The translations under genes and the position numbers were made by a program. Under the pieces are notes generated by a model that saw nothing but the letters and a program-made list of their open reading frames with translations, searched no databases and had not been told where the DNA came from. Shown piece by piece: positions 61,112-64,000 of a DNA stretch of 64,000 nucleotides. The DNA is taken from the IMG/VR virus record IMGVR_UViG_3300028394_000043. One strand, given 5' to 3'. How positions within the stretch are numbered: the first letter of the stretch is position 1; each line of letters begins with the position of its first letter. Origin of the DNA: a virus. Lineage: Duplodnaviria; Heunggongvirae; Uroviricota; Caudoviricetes.

Positions 61112-64000
61112 GTTGTTTTTTAAATGTTGGAAAAAGTTTTACGGGTGATTGTACCAATAGTAGTCTTGGTGCAATTAATGTTGATATTTTTGGTACCGCT
61201 CCTGATTATACAATACAATGGATTGAACCATCATCTTATGGTACAATTGCGTTAGGTGCGGGTGTTACAGGGTATACTCAAACAGGGTTGTCAGGTGGTA
61301 CATATACATTTAATGTCATTGATACTTGTTCGCCTACTAGTACTATTTTTCCTGTTAGTTTTTATATATCTACCGGAACTTGTACAAGTATTTTATCAAC
61401 CCAAGACACTACCTGTGATTTATATAATGGTTCGTTAACGGCATCTACGGTTAACGTTTATAATGGTAATGCAGAATTTTATTTATATCATAATACATTA
61501 GGGTATCTCACTAGTGGTACAAGTTATACAAACACATATTCTTTTGGTAGTTTATCTGCGGGGACTTATTATGTGGTGGCCAATGATGGAGGTGGATGTA
61601 CGGGTAAATCAGAAACCTGTTTAATTCAACCGTCTTCAGAAATGGATTTTGGGTTTTTTATTGTAAACAATGCGGGGTGTACAGGAAATACAGGTAAGAT
61701 ATATATTACAGGATTAACGGGTAATCCACCGTATACGTATTTATGGCAGGATTATTCGATGAATGATTTTATAACAGATTTACCATCAGGTAATTACTCT
61801 GTCCAAGTAACAGATAGTTCAGGGTGTGTTCTTACAAAAAACGCAAATGTTTTAGATGTACCTCAATTAGGTATTGTTTCATTTAGTTCTATAAATCCAG
61901 ATTGTTTTATTAATAATGGGTCGGTAACAGTTTACACATCAGGTGGGACATTACCATTTTATTATTCAGGTTCAAATGGTTATAGTGTGGTAACATACGA
62001 CACGGAATACACTTTTGAAAATATTGGTTCAGGTTTATTTTCAGTTTTAATAACTGATGCGGCTTTATGTAGTGCGAATGGAAGTACATCAATTATGGTA
62101 CCACAAGGATTTTCTATCGTGAATATTGGAATTCAAAATTCTGTTTGTAATAATTTTAGTGGAGCCTTAAATCCAATTACTATTTTTGGACCAAGTCAAC
62201 CTTATAACTATACATTAACATATCCTGATGGTACAACAACAGAATCAGTTACCGTAAATAGTACTAGTTGGTCGTTTGATGGGTTATCTTCAGGCACATA
62301 CAGTCTAAGTATCTCAGGAGGTACTTGTGTCTTTACAAATGATTATACGATATTAAATGAGGTATTATATGACTTAATTGTCTCAACTACGGGAACGACT
62401 TGTAATGGTTCTAATGGTTTAGTAACTTTAGATGTTGATGGTTCTGTAGGTCCATTTATTTATACAATAACAACAAGACCTTCAATAACAAGTTCTAATA
62501 CTAGTGTGACATTCACTAACTTACCTACCGGTAGTTATACCGCAACAACTTTAGATACCATAACTAATTGTCTACAAAGACAAGAATTTTTTATTAATCC
62601 TTCTCAATCAGTTTATTTTAGTTTAGTGGCGACTGATGCTACTTCAGGTTCAAACGGTATGGTTGAATCCTATATATCTAGCGGGACACCACCATTTACA
62701 TATTTATGGAGTAATGGACAAACAACACCAAATATATCAGGGTTAGGTAAAGGTGATTATACTTTAACAATAACTGATACTAATGGATGTACATCACAAA
62801 GAACGATAACGGTTTATGGGTGGGATTCAGTTTCGTCATATAAATCATACACTATTTGTGAAGATACATTTGTGGATGGGGGAAATGTTAAAAAAGGTAT
62901 AAAAGAAATGTATGTTGAAGGGTTTTTTGATGAAGTATCAAATGACTTTAATTGTGTTTTGGATTCGGCAACATTTATTGCCCAAGTCACCGTTGATGGC
63001 GAGTTAACAACAACACCGTTTTTCTATTCAAATAGTTTAACAATATATCCGTCGGATAACTTATGGTTTTCCGCGGTTACGACAATATTAGAGACTTATC
63101 CAAATATTGGGGATGTTATAATTAATTATCCTAATAACACTATAACCATTAACACTAATTGTGACCAAGAATCATTACATAATTCTAAAGTAGTTGTTGC
63201 ATTAAGAATTGAGTATATTATTTCTTGTGAGAAATGTAATCTTGATTGTGATATTGAATATACTCAACCACCAACGGATTTCTGTACGGGTAATTTAATC
63301 ACTAACCCAACATTTAATACTAATTTAAATGGGTGGTCACAGTTTGGTGGTAATGAATGGTCTTGGAGTCCTAATAATGGAGGTAGTGCAAACTTTGGTG
63401 GTACAGATAATTTTAATAATTCAATTTATCAAAATATTTTAACTGTTGGAGCAACATATAATATTAGTTTTACATTATATTATAATGCTCCTTGTACTGA
63501 ATATGCTTACGTCAAAGTTTTTGCGGGGACTAGTGAATCATCATTAATACAATCCGGAGGACAAATTAATTTAACATTAACTTGTATCGGAAATAATAGT
63601 TTTGGTATTTCAGCTTGGGATGCTTGTGGTACTAGCGGTTCAATATATGTTGATAACGTTTGTGTTATTCAAACAACACCACCATTAGAAGAGTTTATAA
63701 TTAATGCTATTGGCGTTAATCAAGTTGATGGAGCTGGAGCGGCTTTAGGGTTTATATTTAACTCAACAAATAATTTTCAAATAAATTGGGGTGATGGTAC
63801 TGTAACTCAATATTTTTCGGGTAGTAGTGTTGGTGCGTCTCACACATATTCATCACCATACACGGGACCTATTACTATTTTATCAACTGATTTAACAACT
63901 ATATTAGAGTTTACTGCACAATCTGAACCACACCCGCTTCAGTCATTATGGGTATCAACAGCTGAGTTAAATAAATTAGATGGATTATTGAATTTGAGTG
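61108..64000 (+). CDS. 3'-truncated fibre/adhesin with ~7 SprB-like repeats, a CBM-like domain and a PKD-like domain (absent from the ORF track)
   Basis: The ATG at 61108 overlaps the upstream TGA (ATGA) and the frame is open to the window end. Example repeat: SNGMVESYISSGTPPFTYLWSNGQTTPNISGLGKGDYTLTITDTNGC. CBM-like GNLITNPTFNTNLNGW at 63283-63672; INWGDG...HTY at 63781-63849. Confidence 0.85.
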   Translation, partial: MSCFLNVGKSFTGDCTNSSLGAINVDIFGTAPDYTIQWIEPSSYGTIALGAGVTGYTQTGLSGGTYTFNVIDTCSPTSTIFPVSFYISTGTCTSILSTQDTTCDLYNGSLTASTVNVYNGNAEFYLYHNTLGYLTSGTSYTNTYSFGSLSAGTYYVVANDGGGCTGKSETCLIQPSSEMDFGFFIVNNAGCTGNTGKIYITGLTGNPPYTYLWQDYSMNDFITDLPSGNYSVQVTDSSGCVLTKNANVLDVPQLGIVSFSSINPDCFINNGSVTVYTSGGTLPFYYSGSNGYSVVTYDTEYTFENIGSGLFSVLITDAALCSANGSTSIMVPQGFSIVNIGIQNSVCNNFSGALNPITIFGPSQPYNYTLTYPDGTTTESVTVNSTSWSFDGLSSGTYSLSISGGTCVFTNDYTILNEVLYDLIVSTTGTTCNGSNGLVTLDVDGSVGPFIYTITTRPSITSSNTSVTFTNLPTGSYTATTLDTITNCLQRQEFFINPSQSVYFSLVATDATSGSNGMVESYISSGTPPFTYLWSNGQTTPNISGLGKGDYTLTITDTNGCTSQRTITVYGWDSVSSYKSYTICEDTFVDGGNVKKGIKEMYVEGFFDEVSNDFNCVLDSATFIAQVTVDGELTTTPFFYSNSLTIYPSDNLWFSAVTTILETYPNIGDVIINYPNNTITINTNCDQESLHNSKVVVALRIEYIISCEKCNLDCDIEYTQPPTDFCTGNLITNPTFNTNLNGWSQFGGNEWSWSPNNGGSANFGGTDNFNNSIYQNILTVGATYNISFTLYYNAPCTEYAYVKVFAGTSESSLIQSGGQINLTLTCIGNNSFGISAWDACGTSGSIYVDNVCVIQTTPPLEEFIINAIGVNQVDGAGAALGFIFNSTNNFQINWGDGTVTQYFSGSSVGASHTYSSPYTGPITILSTDLTTILEFTAQSEPHPLQSLWVSTAELNKLDGLLNLS

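Noticed and set aside
1493-62092. Short alternative-frame and antisense ORFs in the track (e.g. 1493-1690, 1573-1821, 5586-5819, 8380-8616, 15699-16004, 16735-17103, 35548-35757, 37010-37246, 44795-45157, 57760-58059, 61256-61438, 61910-62092)
   Set aside because: They lie within well-supported genes, show shadow-frame composition and have no motifs or expression signals. Only 20966-21148 and the 3' part of 14717-14971 were kept.
1-64000. Stop-codon reassignment (TAG or TGA), as in some huge phages
   Set aside because: Genes are intact under code 11. TAG ends the genes at 38268, 39756 and 55095, and TGA ends the gene at 61111, each at a sensible boundary.
1-64000. CRISPR array, tRNA, rRNA or diversity-generating retroelement
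   Set aside because: The longest intergenic gap is about 160 bp. I saw no regularly spaced repeats, cloverleafs, reverse transcriptase or near-identical TR/VR pair; the two CBM-like paralogues are too diverged.

Overview
This AT-rich window (roughly 30-33% GC by eye) is a densely coding segment of a large T4-like myovirus (jumbo/huge-phage type), read with the standard genetic code. It holds neck, tail terminator, sheath, tube, tail chaperone, tape measure and baseplate genes, plus several very large Cys/Thr-rich fibre or adhesin proteins. These are interleaved with DNA metabolism genes: PolB, a SNF2 helicase, a PD-(D/E)xK nuclease, and an SSB-RecA-5'-3' exonuclease-DnaB-NrdB-NrdA cassette. 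A Bacteroidota host is inferred from a perfect TTTG-N19-TAnnTTTG promoter, A-rich leaders without Shine-Dalgarno sequences, SprB-like repeats and a GSAS-type OmpA domain. Signals not explained by the ORF track: (1) a probable +1/-2 programmed frameshift (UUU UUU CGC) in the chaperone gene upstream of the tape measure gene; (2) a strand-polarised TATTTAT motif upstream of late genes, the reverse complement of the T4 late promoter; (3) apparent total avoidance of GATC and CATG together with a several-fold excess of CCGG; (4) an OmpA-like domain inserted in a tube-initiator-like baseplate protein; (5) paired CBM-like domains, one carrying a 228-bp in-frame insertion bounded by TTGTAAT; (6) a three-copy direct/inverted repeat between ssb and recA; (7) a possible antisense transcription unit across a HAD gene. 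No tRNA, rRNA, CRISPR array, intron or intein was seen. All homology calls come from motif recognition, and all k-mer counts are manual.
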